Below are positions 13,801 to 25,386 of a stretch of DNA of 64,000 nt, in pieces. The translations under genes and the position numbers were made by a program. Within the stretch, counting starts at the first letter, position 1. Each line of letters begins with the position of its first letter. Below the pieces are notes generated by a model, which was not told the DNA's origin, searched no databases, and saw nothing but the letters and a program-made list of their open reading frames with translations. Source of the stretch: Balanoglossus misakiensis (Eukaryota > Animalia > Hemichordata); contig CM082586.2 of NCBI GenBank assembly GCA_040954595.2, positions 7,595,337 through 7,659,336 on the forward strand. Direction: 5' to 3'.

Positions 13801-14575
13801 TGTTAATTCACAATAACAATATTCAGATCCAAATAAAGTGTCCCATATGTGCTAAATTGTGAAGGAACGATTAAGTTTGTGCAATGGCTTTTGGAGAGTG
13901 TCTTGCAAGCAGGCAATAATGACATTGTGTGCATGTTTGTCCATTCGCATTGTAGATGGCTGGCAACGTACAGCCCCAGTTCTTTGTGCCGCAACAACAG
14001 GCACAGCAACAAGGCATCATTCAACAAACACAACAAGGCATGGTACAGGTACGTCAAGGGGAGGATGAAACATACAAAAAAAAGACTAATATTGTCACAC
14101 ATTCATGTACACACACACACACATGCAAGACACATGAGCTGTAACTTTTGGTTTTATTTCAGTATTTTTGTTTTGTGTGTCAAAATCAATTTCTTGTTCT
14201 ACGCCAAACAACATGCCAATATAACCAGTACTCAGCTTGTCAACACACTTGAATGCACGGTCACTGTTAAATGATGTCTAGTCAGGACATCAGGGATTGC
14301 GCTAGGCCTCAAAATCTTGGGGTCCCTGGGACCCCTTCCTTGTGAAAATCAGGGGTCCCTAAATATTTTTGTGGGTCCCCATTTTTTCAATATATTACAA
14401 CACATACGTACTCGCCACACACTTACTGGCGAAGTCAACATCACAATTTAAGTGTATTTCCACATTTATTTTCATTTTCTATGAACGTTTCATTTTTTAT
14501 TATAAAGTAATTTCCTTCTGGCTTTCTGTTCATTGAAGTTTGACATAGCTTGAGAAAAAGATTTTGCCAATCAAT

Positions 14576-14613
<38 letters not shown>

Positions 14614-17600
14614 ACAAACAAACAAACAATAAAATCGCGGAGGGAGAGCCCCCTGTGTTTATACGGGGAACCACAGAGAGGAAGCGATGCATAGCTATCG
14701 ATGTCAGAGTGTTCTGATCGTTGACGAGTTTTGCCCCCATATTTAACCCAGTCCAGCTACATGGAGTCGGATAAATCAAAGATTTTCAAGCGAAAACGGG
14801 TGAAAGGATTACATGTACACCAATGAAGATAGACAGGCTGTAAAAAGCATAATCAAAAGCGAGAAATTTTCTCTTTTTTGCGGAAATCAAACACATAGAA
14901 CGAGGGAGTCAACAAAGACACCCGCTGAACTGTCGAAAACAAGGTCGCGCGCGTTCGATTGACCGTGCGCGGTACATCGGGTCCACCGCTCGATGCAGTC
15001 GGCCGGCTGCATGGGTACGTCCCGCGATCGCGCGCGACCACCCGCTCTCGACATCGGCCTCTTATTAATGACACATCGTTCACAACTTGTTGACAAGGCA
15101 ATTGGCGGACCTGCCAAAGGAAAAACGAAGCCAGTTTTTCTTTTGTTGTCAGGAAAACTCTAACATGCTTTAGTCAAATGATTATTTCACACTTTGTTTT
15201 TGTTTACAAGTGTCAATCTTCTGGATTAGCAAGCCGTAAAAGCGTTTTTGAATAAACAAATTAAAATTACAAGACGATCATTAATTACTGCAGTGTGCGC
15301 TCAGCTGGGGTTCCCCGGACGCAGACATCAAAGTGAACCCGCGTCCCAGCAAAAAAGCTTGCGTCCCGGACGCGGAATTCTGCGTTAACGCGATCCCTGC
15401 AGGACATGAATTCTTATTCTGCACAATAACAATACTAACTACCTTACCATACACATACATGTTGTGTTGATAAGATAAATGCTGGGCATGTCATATTTCA
15501 GGAATTTAAACAAGAAACTGCAATAGATACACAAAAAATTACTGAAAACATAGTGAAAAGTTACAGCTAATGGAGCTTTTATAATGTACAATCAAATTAT
15601 CTGGACAGATTGGATGTTTCGATTCTTTGTTTTGTACCTATTATTTGATTCGGTTGAAACCATTAACAGTCAAGGATGTGACTCATACTCACATTTTCCT
15701 TTATGAACTTTGAATCCTATAAAATGCAGTGACAGTTCCGTTCAAATAATCGCATCTCACAATTTGCGTGTCATTGTATACCAGCCTGTTGTATACTGCA
15801 TGTTCGCTATGCATATTAACACTTTCACTGCGTAGTTAATATATGCTAATGTATTCCTGTGCGTAGTTTCCTATGGTAAATTTAACTAATAAACAATGTT
15901 TTACTTTACCCTCTCTATCTCTTGTAATATGAAAGTATATGCAATGATATTTCCAGCAAGTATATTTTATAAGACAACCAACATAATAAAACTGAAAAAT
16001 GGTCACATGACCATTAATTGGTCATGTGACACTGGCAGCCATAATGGATTTCTGTCGAAATATGGTAAAAACAACAGATATTGTAATATAAGTGACTGAA
16101 ATACTGTATTTAATTCATTGTATCACAGCTGACAGACAAACATAGTCAAAAACAACTTTCCCCTGTATAAAAGGGAATAACAAGTGACTTTTGAGCAAGA
16201 AATTTGATCAAATTTATTAATGGACCATAAAAACAATTATCAAATCATGCCCACCATTTACATGTATACATGTTTAAAATCTGAGAAAGAAATATAGATT
16301 ATTAGTGAAAAGGTGAATGATTGAACTTGTAAATAAATAATAATAATAAAATAAATTAATTAAGTAATTTATTAAATACTCTACGTTTTAATGAATTGCA
16401 AGTTGAAGAAATCAAGGTTGGTAAATATGAATATACACACATTTAAAAAAAATTCATTAGCATAGTACTGTTTTGGCAATTCATTTCAAATGGATATAAT
16501 ACTCTGACAACATAGACTTCTGGCAAAGTCCCATCAAGATTTGCAAAGAAACCTACGCCTTCATTTAATTCAGTGAAGTAGGCATCTAGCGAAATCTTGA
16601 CCGGAAGGGCAACTCATCAATTGCAGGGTTGTCAAAAAATTGTGCGGTGTACATATCAGTTTGCTCTGACAATGACATCAACTCAAACACATCACCAGGA
16701 AAGAACAGCTGAAAAAAGTCAACCGGTGCAAAGTCATCAGTGTCAACTAATAAACCTTAGCGACGATCGTATACAGACAACCAGTCCGGTGTGTAATTGT
16801 CATTTACGTCATACAAAACCCACCGCGTTTCACCATCAACGTTACGACGTCCGAGAACATGACAAAAACCCTCCCTCTCTCTCTGTCTCTACTCTGTTGT
16901 CTCCGTGTCTGGCTTCTATTTCTGGTTCTATGATGTTGTTGTCCGTAATTTGGCTTCCGCTATCGCTATGATCGCTGTCACTATCCTGAAAGACTTGTTC
17001 AAGAACTTCGTCGGCATCAAACTTTGCCCATGTCGCCATTTTTAAATACCAAGTGAATGAAAAAATATGATCGGGGCGACCTAAAATCAGCTGTATAAGG
17101 AAACCCTTTGATGACAAAATCGACTTGATTGTTTACAATACATATGCGCATGCTCAATTAGGGTTGACCCCTGTCCTATATATAGTCATACAAAATGAGT
17201 AAATAAGCAACGAACATAAAATAGAACAGACCAAGTAACGGACGCGATCTTGGCGCATTTATGCGCCTCCCGCATTCTGACTGCCGGCGCAGAAAATGCC
17301 CTCCCGCAGCGAAAGTGTTAACCAGAGCTGTTCCCCCAAAAGATATATGACCATTAATGACTATTAATGTCATTGTAAATGTGCATGTACAGGCACTGTC
17401 ACATGTTTTTTTTATGTATCCATGGTCCATACTCTCATATGAAGTGAAAACACTGCTGGACAGGTCCTTGACGGCCAATAAGAAGGAGAAATTTACTCCA
17501 GGACACACTTAAACGGTCAATCATATCAGTACAGAACTTTACGAAGTTACACGTGCACTTGTATAATTTTGAGCAACTTTTCAAGCCCCAATAGCTGCCA

Positions 17601-19195
17601 TGAATATGATCATTCCAAGAGTACACAACTGTTGGTATGTGCACATGCATATTGGAAACTTCACGAATTCAAAACATGTCTTCAGTCAATTTAGGATAAG
17701 GAGAAGATGTAAGTATTTTATAAATTAGTGGCAGCTATTGGGTTAACTGCAAATACACTTGAAATACACTGAATAGTTTTGAAAATGTGAGATTGATGGC
17801 TGACTTTGTGTTGATGTGTTTCCCCAGGTACAAGGACAACAGAATATCATTCAGTCGCAGAACGCAATCAACCTGACACAGCAACCCAACACGGGCACAG
17901 TCTCTCCAGCATCCACGGTTCCCACGGTAACTGCACAGCAACAGTTGCAGATGCAGCAGGCACAGAAAACGGCCAATCAGGGCGCAGAGGAACCGACTGA
18001 TCTGGAAGAACTTGAACAGTTTGCGAAAATGTTTAAACAGAGGCGAATAAAGCTAGGGTTTACTCAGGTAGGCAATATTTCACTTGACTTGTTTTTTTCA
18101 CAGCGAAGATGCAAGAATTCTGTCTGAATTGGAATTCGGGTCTTGGTAGCACATAGAGGTAAACTTTTAAAACATTTAGCATGCACTTTCAAGAGAACAG
18201 CTTTTCCCTTTGTGGAGTGAACAAAGTCAAACAAGTCAAGTGTGCAAGTGCCTAGCTCGTCTCATATGCATGTTCCAGCTGTAGCCGCTGGTTACAGACA
18301 TTTAGTGGACAGTCAAGCCCATAAGGCAGTGCTCTGTCCTAACAACAGAAAAGATGGCGGCGACCATAATCTGTGTCGGAGATCGGGAAAAGACACCAGC
18401 TTGGGTGAAAAGGAGGGACAAAACCAGAATCTACTTGAACGGTGCGCATGAAATATGGGAGGAAGCGAAGGCAGTCCACTATTTGAATAGAAGTTACGCG
18501 CATGCGCGTGAGATGATCTATTGCCGTTAAGCTTTGACACAATCTCTGATATATCCTTCTCTTTGCAGGGCGACGTTGGTCTAGCTATGGGCAAGTTGTA
18601 CGGCAATGACTTTAGCCAAACCACAATATCCAGGTTTGAAGCCCTCAACCTGAGCTTCAAGAACATGTGCAAGCTGAAACCCTTGCTGCAGAAGTGGCTG
18701 GAGGACGCCGACTCCTCTATGGCCAACCCGTCGGCCATCGGCAGTCCGCACACCACCACGGACGGCATGGGCCGCCGACGGAAGAAGCGCACCAGCATCG
18801 AGACCAACGTGCGCGCCGCCCTGGAGAAGGGCTTCATGACCAACCCCAAGCCCACCTCGGAGGAGATCGCCATGCTGGCCGACCAGCTGCAGATGGACAA
18901 GGAGGTCATCCGGGTGTGGTTCTGCAACCGGCGCCAGAAGGAGAAGCGCATCAACCCGCCCTCGCACTCTGTGACAATGGCCGCCATGCAGGCGGCGACC
19001 ACGTCCCTGTCGGCCGCCACGGCGATGGCCAACGCTGCTGCAGCAGTGGCTGCCGGGGCAACCACGGTCTCCGTGGCCGGAAACCCTCAAATGAACCCAA
19101 CTATCACTTCCATCACTTCCGCGCATACCCAACCCACGGCTATCACCACCATGGTTCCAACAATTGCCACTATGCCTGCCACACCTACCAAGTAA
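1827..19195 (+). CDS. POU2: POU domain class 2 transcription factor (Oct-1/POU2F/nubbin-like), multi-exon
   Basis: Frame-consistent GT-AG exons: 1827-1866 ([13 protein letters not shown]), 5803-5895, 6500-6765 (NGLDF motif), 7655-7846 (poly-Q), 12416-12562 ([22 protein letters not shown]), 13956-14048, 17828-18067 ([27 protein letters not shown]), 18569-19195 ([40 protein letters not shown]; homeodomain [10 protein letters not shown]...NPKPTSEEI...[17 protein letters not shown]). Gives 565 aa, or 619 aa with optional exons 9889-9999, 11644-11665 and 11733-11761. Homeodomain residues are class II type. Confidence 0.95.
6351..6433. mobile_element. ~90-bp TTAA-CCCT MITE (family A), copy 1
   Basis: TIR TTAACCCTTTCACC / GTGAAAGAGTTAA; shared core AGAGGTCCAA...AAACAATGG...TTGGAC...AACCA seen in 8 copies. 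Confidence 0.8.
6807..6999. mobile_element. TTAA-flanked MITE with AG...CT termini (Kolobok-like), family B
   Basis: TTAAAGGTATACGGTCACC / GGTGACTGTATACCTTTAA; near-identical partial copy at about 35913-36065. Confidence 0.75.
8249..8342. mobile_element. MITE family A, copy 2 (opposite orientation to copy 1)
   Basis: TTAACCCTTTCACC ... GGTGAAAGGGTTAA. Confidence 0.85.
9697..9790. mobile_element. MITE family A, copy 3
   Basis: Diverged copy in the same orientation as copy 2. Confidence 0.75.
9889..9999 (+). CDS. Candidate POU2 cassette exon (37 aa, Pro/Gln-rich)
   Basis: Long pyrimidine tract plus ctgcag acceptor; [37 protein letters not shown]; phase 0-0; weak donor AAG|gtcacc. Confidence 0.55.
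11644..11761 (+). CDS. Candidate POU2 microexon pair (22 nt + 29 nt)
   Basis: tttttacag|11644-11665|gtaact and cctag|11733-11761|gttaga join in frame to [17 protein letters not shown] (51 nt). Confidence 0.4.
13184..13206. repeat. poly-C homopolymer
   Basis: Run of about 23 C. Confidence 0.9.
14291..15399. mobile_element. Non-autonomous hAT-type DNA transposon (1.1 kb)
   Basis: Termini CAGGGATTGCG / CGCGATCCCTG; perfect 8-bp TSD CAGGACAT at 14283-14290 and 15400-15407; CpG-rich interior; no transposase ORF. Confidence 0.85.
14577..14629. repeat. (CAA)n/(CAAA)n microsatellite inside the hAT element
   Basis: Tandem run. Confidence 0.9.
15820..17317 (-). mobile_element. piggyBac-like deletion derivative (1.5 kb)
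   Basis: TTAA on both sides (15816-15819, 17318-17321); TIR CACTTTCACTGCG / CGCAGCGAAAGTG; minus-strand remnant [27 protein letters not shown] resembles the acidic N-terminus of piggyBac transposases. Confidence 0.75.
17828..18067 (+). CDS. POU2: POU2 exon encoding the start of the POU-specific domain
   Basis: ccccag acceptor, gtaggc donor, 240 nt, phase 0-0; encodes ...[27 protein letters not shown]. Confidence 0.95.
18267..18390. repeat. Interspersed repeat, inverted copy at about 34655-34770
   Basis: CCATAAGGCAGTG...TGTCCTAACAACAGA..AAGATGGCGGCGACCATA.TCTGTGTCGGAGAT matches the reverse complement of 34655-34770. Confidence 0.7.
18569..19195 (+). CDS. POU2: POU2 terminal coding exon (rest of POU-specific domain, linker, homeodomain, Ala/Thr tail)
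   Basis: ctttgcag acceptor; same frame as ORF 18521..19195; stop TAA at 19193-19195. Confidence 0.95.
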   Translation, partial: GDVGLAMGKLYGNDFSQTTISRFEALNLSFKNMCKLKPLLQKWLEDADSSMANPSAIGSPHTTTDGMGRRRKKRTSIETNVRAALEKGFMTNPKPTSEEIAMLADQLQMDKEVIRVWFCNRRQKEKRINPPSHSVTMAAMQAATTSLSAATAMANAAAAVAAGATTVSVAGNPQMNPTITSITSAHTQPTAITTMVPTIATMPATPTK

Positions 19196-20735
19196 AACTC
19201 TGACCTCTTTCATTTTTCCACTAGTCGTCGCCTCTTCATATCAAGTAAATAAAAACGGTGGGGGGAAATCTATTACTAATATGCGAATTAAACATAGGAT
19301 AGATTTCAGATCGTATCTACTTTCAAGTAAATTAGATTTAGAAATTTTTTCTCAGAGGGCAAAATTCAGCATACAAGGGTACCGTTATTTTTCCTTGTTT
19401 CTTTTATTGTGCATTATAAATAAAGAAATGTGCACCAATTGGATTTTCAATTTGAAATGAAGAAAGAGAAAAGAGATGTACTTTGGCTTATTTTAATCAT
19501 GTCTTTTTATGGAGAATTATTCCACATAATATTTAAAGTCAGAGAGTGCAGGGTCGAGACTGATATGCTTCCATATGTTGCGTTCTGTCGAATGATAATT
19601 GATGATGTACAAAGTTGTTGAACGGTTTGGGATGTTAGTCGGATGTATACATACTAAGTCTAATCACAATCATTGCTTGGCAACTAGGCGTCATGGTTTC
19701 TGCTGAAGGGATACCGTTAGAATCAATTGTAGACAGAGAAATTTGGCGAGTCATTTTGGACACCCACTGCTTTATATCAACACTTTGTATAGTGACTCTC
19801 TTATTTTAGTGTAGATTTTTGATAATGTCTGTCAAGACCGAGAAATGGGACTTTGCTTTTTTTTTAGTGTGAATACATCCTCACGTTCACCTTGTTACAA
19901 GTATTCTGATAAGCGTCTAGATGCTAAATTGAGTACTTGTACTTCTGATCACGTAGATTCCTGTCGATATTAATGTGTCCATGTATTGGGCTGGACTTGC
20001 TACATTCATGTCTGTGTACTTTAAAAAGGTGTTAGGATGATATGAAAATTTCCTTATAAATGACTTCAGCAAGATCCTGTTAATGAAATGTTAATTATTG
20101 CAAAGTCTGGCCCTAGACTCTCTCACAGCCCACAGTTCCCTACAAGGCTCTTTCTACACTGATGTACCCTGTTTCGAAGATGGCACAGTTATGCTGTTGC
20201 AGGCCAAGTTTCACTCGGCCATTGAGGGCACACATTCAGTCAGAAGATATGTCCTCATAGACGGCGAGAGGGGCTGTGAGAGAGTCTAATTCTGCCTCGT
20301 GATTTCTGTTTTTATTTCTCTTATTAATGCGAAGTCGCTTAGAATATTTTTTACAAGATAATGTGATCTCTTACATAATGGATTTTGCAAATATTGCGTT
20401 ATTATTGAATTAGTTTATCATTGTTAAGAAATACCTTAATGACGTGTTACTGAACTTGGGCACTTGTGAGAAAAATCAATTCATGGCCTCTAATGACTAA
20501 TATAGTCGATAATGTGATTGTATTGATTTCCAAATGAATTATGACTAATATGTTATGTCAACAGATTTGGGCAAACTTCAGAAATTCCGAATTTCCAACA
20601 CGATGTACATAGATATCTTTTGTTTTCAGTTGTTGTATGTGATACTCATGTTAACATGGGAAGACTATTGTTTAGTGATGAACTAGTGAATAATTTCTTA
20701 CCTACTCTTAAAAAAGAGGCTAGACTTGATACAGT

Positions 20736-20828
20736 TTAACCCTTTCACCCCCTGTTTCCTTTATAGAGGTCCAAGTTCACCATGGGAAACAATGGATTTG
20801 GACTGAACCATGGTGGTGAAAGGGGTAA
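20736..20828. mobile_element. MITE family A, copy 4 (putative POU2 3' UTR)
   Basis: TTAACCCTTTCACC ... GGTGAAAGGGGTAA. Confidence 0.8.
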
Positions 20829-22252
20829 TTATTTGCTACATCTCTTACTCTGCAGATGCTAGTTGGATGGAATTATGGAAATTGTAGCCAGTCAATTGGT
20901 GACCTGTTTGATTAAAACCATTATTGCTGGAGGCTCCTCTCGTGTAGAGCGCCCTCAAGCATTCTGTAGGGAAGAGCGCCCTCAACGAACATTGTTTAAT
21001 CTCCATGATGGGACAAGAATCTTGTACAGTGGAACTTGCAGGCCAGTATCATGCAAACAAATAGTTTTCTTTATGTCTTTCATATGTATATTTTCCCCTT
21101 AAGTGTTTTGCTTCAAATAGGAAACATCTGTTCTTTTTTTAATACAATCCATAATTGGGATTGATGCGAAAGTTCATATTCATTCCTGACATGCAAATGA
21201 AACCAGAGAAATTAATTTTGTATTTCAGTGTTTTGGGGGAAGGTTCAGTAAAATTGGTGAAAAGATTGGACTATTTCAATAATGTATATGATTTTCTATG
21301 CAGTTTTCTAGCGTTTTAATTATTTTTGAGAAATTCCTGTGGACTGTTCAGAAATCTTTTAATCGAGGTAACAGCATAGATGTTGTAGGTATGTTATCGT
21401 TGGCCAGGATTTAGAATTGAATGTTTAATATTGTGACAGCATCTAAAGTATTTTTTGCATCCATATATCATAAAATTACACAGGTCTCATGCATGCATAC
21501 ATGTATTAGAACATAGTTTGTATTCACAGCTGCTAAGCAACATTTGTTATGTTTCATTGTTATGCTTTTCAATAATTATATGATCCTTTGTTGAGGAAAG
21601 AGTGTATCAGATTAGATGGACTGTCTTTCGGTTGTGGCTGTCATCGGACCTCTTCCAACTTTTCACAAATTATTGCTCGGTCACCTTTGATGTTTGTTAC
21701 GAATGTCCCAAGGGAGATAATCTAAATAGTGAAAAATCAGCATGGTTTTTGTGTGAGTTAGGGTATGCAAGTCCAGCATGATATAGATCAGATTTGATCA
21801 AATTGTGACAACATGATGATGGGTGGGTTTATAGTTTGGGACAGTGTTGGTAAAAATATCATCTTCATCAGGAAAGGTGGTCAGTTACATAAATTTTGAG
21901 GAGTTGACATGGATGTCATACTGAACGTCAGAGCTGAGTAGCCAGAGCAATGATTGTTAAAATAAATGTGTGGAAAACGGTCTTTTGTTAACATTGGGCA
22001 TCTACACATATCCTTCTTGGGAGGGATGGGGGAGGCATTGGTGTCTTATTTTCTCTCTCTCTCTGTCTTGAATTGTATTTGCCTAGCATTAATAGCGTTG
22101 TGATATGTCAGTCTGTGTTGAAAAGTGTATTGCTTGTAGTGTTGTACCCTTGTGTATCAAATATAGCGAAAAATCCTCGTTTGAAAATCGACAATATCAA
22201 GTTGATTTCCCTCTTAGAGAATCTTGCGCTTGTGCAGTCAGGTCACTTATCG

Positions 22253-22345
22253 TTAACCCTTTCACCCCCATTTCCGGCTGTAGAGGTCCAACAGCACCAA
22301 AGAAAGCAATGGCTTTGGACCAAACCATTGTGGTGAAAGGTTTGA
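22253..22345. mobile_element. MITE family A, copy 5
   Basis: TTAACCCTTTCACC ... GGTGAAAGG. Confidence 0.8.
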
Positions 22346-24157
22346 AATACAAACCAAAGTCCCTGAATACTTTTCTTTGATTGAATTATGCCACACATGG
22401 AGAGATGGCCGAAGGGATTTGTTGACAGATTATGAGCGCAAAGATTTTGATTGTAATAAGTTTGAGAAGTCATTTAAAAGTTCGTATGATTTTACAATGT
22501 CAGCAAATCAAGTCAGGTTAAAATTGTGAGTTCAATTTCAATGTTTGGAATCGGCACCAAGTACAGACAAAAAGAAAGAATTTATCAGTGTCCATACGCA
22601 GCTAAGTTTGATATTCAAAATGGGCAATCTAGCAATAGGTAATACCAATCTTCGCGAACACTAAAACTGGAAAAAATCAATCCAGCCAGGATAATGTTAG
22701 ATGTCGCAACAAGCTGAACTTGAGAGACAGGCTTATTTTATCCCACCTATTTGAATTATCACTACAATAACAATTCTACACACTTGCCATTAAGTGCAAC
22801 TTTTTTTCTTTCTGAACGCAACTTTTTTCTGATTTCATCTGTCGTGTATTTGTTTCATAGTTTGTTCTTTTGAAGATAAAAACCCCAAAGTGTCATGAAG
22901 TGAGATTCATACTGCCATAGTGTGTTATCAATGTCCATGTTGACTTTAATTCTTTTTTAGAATATTTAGATCAACTCTACGAGATGTATGTACAATATTG
23001 ACTATTCATATTTGGATTAATCATTTCAAACTAATGTTTTTATATTCTATTTCAGCATTATGTATATTATATATCAGTGCGTTATGTGTTACTAATTTTT
23101 TTTTTTTTTTAAGTAGTTTAGTTTGGGGAAGTTTTGCAAGTTACGCAAAAAGATACTTGTACAGACAACCCTGCCATCTCTTTTCATATATTGAAATGAA
23201 ATGATAACCATGTAAAATTTGCAAGATACATATTAATGTGGGGGAACTGCTGACTGCAGGATTTATGCCTGTGTCAATGCAAAGTACAAAGTGGACCTAG
23301 AGGCTAGTTTCTGACAGTGTCGTTTATTTTCCTTTTCATGTTGTGAATTATTTTTTATTGCATAAAAGCTGTTGTAGCAGTTTCAGTAAACCTTGGATGG
23401 TATCCATGGTAACATTAAATAAGTTGCATGCAAATTACCCCATTCCATATATGGTAATGGCAATTTTGAATGACCTTTGACATGTGAATTGTGACGCGGA
23501 GTACTTCTCAGATGATTTTGTCTTTGTTCAAAGTCCCAAAATGATGACCTTGAACTCAACATGTAGAATTTCTGAATTCATCTTTTTTGAAAACCGTGGA
23601 AAATGACAGCCACTGAAAGAATCATGGTACACTTTCCCCGACCCGGTCACTGGTCCGTAAATATTCGTTGCAAACATTTCAGAGATCAAGCTTTGTATAT
23701 CTTTATTTTGTTTTTAGTTTAAATTTTCTCACAGAAAATTATGGTAGTTTAATAAGTCTCTGTGGGTATTTTGTATTGTCAGATATTGGTGTATACAGTC
23801 AGAACTGACTCATGAGGTTAAATATTGGGTTTATAATTTTTTAATTCAATATTTGGAACTGTTCATTTTCTCTTACTTTTTTAGACATTGATCTTTCATA
23901 TCTGGACAGGTTTTCACCTAGGTAATAAATGTCACCATTATATTTTTTCCAAGAAAAGGTTGTCATGGTGTTGATTACAAACACAAGCCGTCTAACTGAA
24001 GATGCTGAAGTAGTGACGTCATAATTGTTTGTGACTACACATTGTATATGGTGTTAGTTACGCTGTATGGTGGTTGTCATCATTAGACATGTTTCAATGA
24101 GCATAATCAATCAATCAAAAAAAGTTAGATAACCAAACATGTCAAAGTGAGCAACTT

Positions 24158-24249
24158 TTCCCCTTTCACCCCCAGTTCCCTCATTAGAGGTCCAACCTTA
24201 CCATACAAAACAATGGGTTTGGACTGAACCATTGTGGTGAAAGGGTTAA
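24158..24249. mobile_element. MITE family A, copy 6
   Basis: CCCTTTCACC ... GGTGAAAGGGTTAA. Confidence 0.8.
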
Positions 24250-24372
24250 ATCTTACTCAGAATTACCCTGTTCAAGGGAGAGATGTGTGCACACATGATT
24301 GTAAATCAGAACTTTTCGAGTTGCTGAACACAAGACTAATACACTAAGTGATTTAGTAAAACTGACATCAAC

Positions 24373-24378
24373 TTTATT
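24373..24378 (-). terminator. Candidate distal NCAM polyadenylation signal
   Basis: TTTATT on + (AATAAA on -) where strand composition switches between the two convergent UTR-like regions; more proximal candidates exist near 26240 and 26390. Confidence 0.35.
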
Positions 24379-25067
24379 TTGAACTAAATGTACAATGCAA
24401 TGACATGAAGTTTTAAGTGGCTTTCCCTCTTTGAAAGGATTTGTGAAACACATTGTGTTGGGTCCAATCTTCCAATTATGCAGGAATAGCACAAATCCAC
24501 AAAAAAATCTGACCAAATACAAAACAAAACACTCATAGTCTAGGAATAGACAAGTATAGACAAGTACACCTTAGAAACACATGGGCTGACTTGTATGGTG
24601 GATCTTGCTGTAGTCCACATTATCAATATTTTTAAAGTACATGTATTGTGATCCCAGCAAGCTGTTACCTCCCATTTCAGTTTCCTCACCGGACTATAGA
24701 GGGCGGACTTTGGGAGCACTTCAGACCGTTGTCACCCCCGACCCCCACATTTGCATGTGATGCCCTAGCTGAGTTGACAATCCTGTAGTATCCTGAATGA
24801 TTGTTTCATCTTCAGAAACCTAGGTGGGCCACTGATAGCCAAATTTTCTTTCTCAAGACGTGTGCAATTTGTGCATAATTGTGAGATACTGACACCAACC
24901 ATACATAACTAAACATGTCGAAGATTTTACTGAACAGGTATGCCACTATAAATTCTGAAGATCAAAGATAAACAGCAGTTGTAACATAAAAAATGTACAA
25001 AGTTTAACTTTTCTTAACAATATTTCCACTTCACTAACGCTTTTTGTTCTAATTTCATCATATGTCT

Positions 25068-25386
25068 TTAAAGGGGCAATTCAACTTTTCACAATATTTT
25101 GGTCATTTGTTTCATTTGATACACTTCTCATGTTAGTCTGCTAACTTAAACATACTCAATAACTTGTCGTCACATCTCAATTCATGTCATGTGCATGGAT
25201 ATTTCCATCACTGAATTTTTGGTCCATACCAAAAATTGCATAAATAGTCATTGTCATACCTATGTACAGGATGTGAGTTGAGTTATACAACAACTAGTGA
25301 GTGAACATATTCCAGTGAACATAACACAAATAAGCAATCAAAAACAACAAAAAATAAGTCAAAAGTGAACGACATTGCCCCTTTAA
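25068..25386. mobile_element. TTAA-flanked MITE
   Basis: TTAAAGGGGCAAT / ATTGCCCCTTTAA inverted termini. Confidence 0.65.

Noticed and set aside
18551-18560. ATATCCTT resembling a U12 donor
   Set aside because: It lies in the polypyrimidine tract of a normal AG acceptor; no matching AC/branch partner is needed for the frame.
18313-19213. Long overlapping and antisense ORFs (250, 210, 178 aa) over the POU exon
   Set aside because: Shadow frames produced by the extreme GC3; no recognisable protein features.
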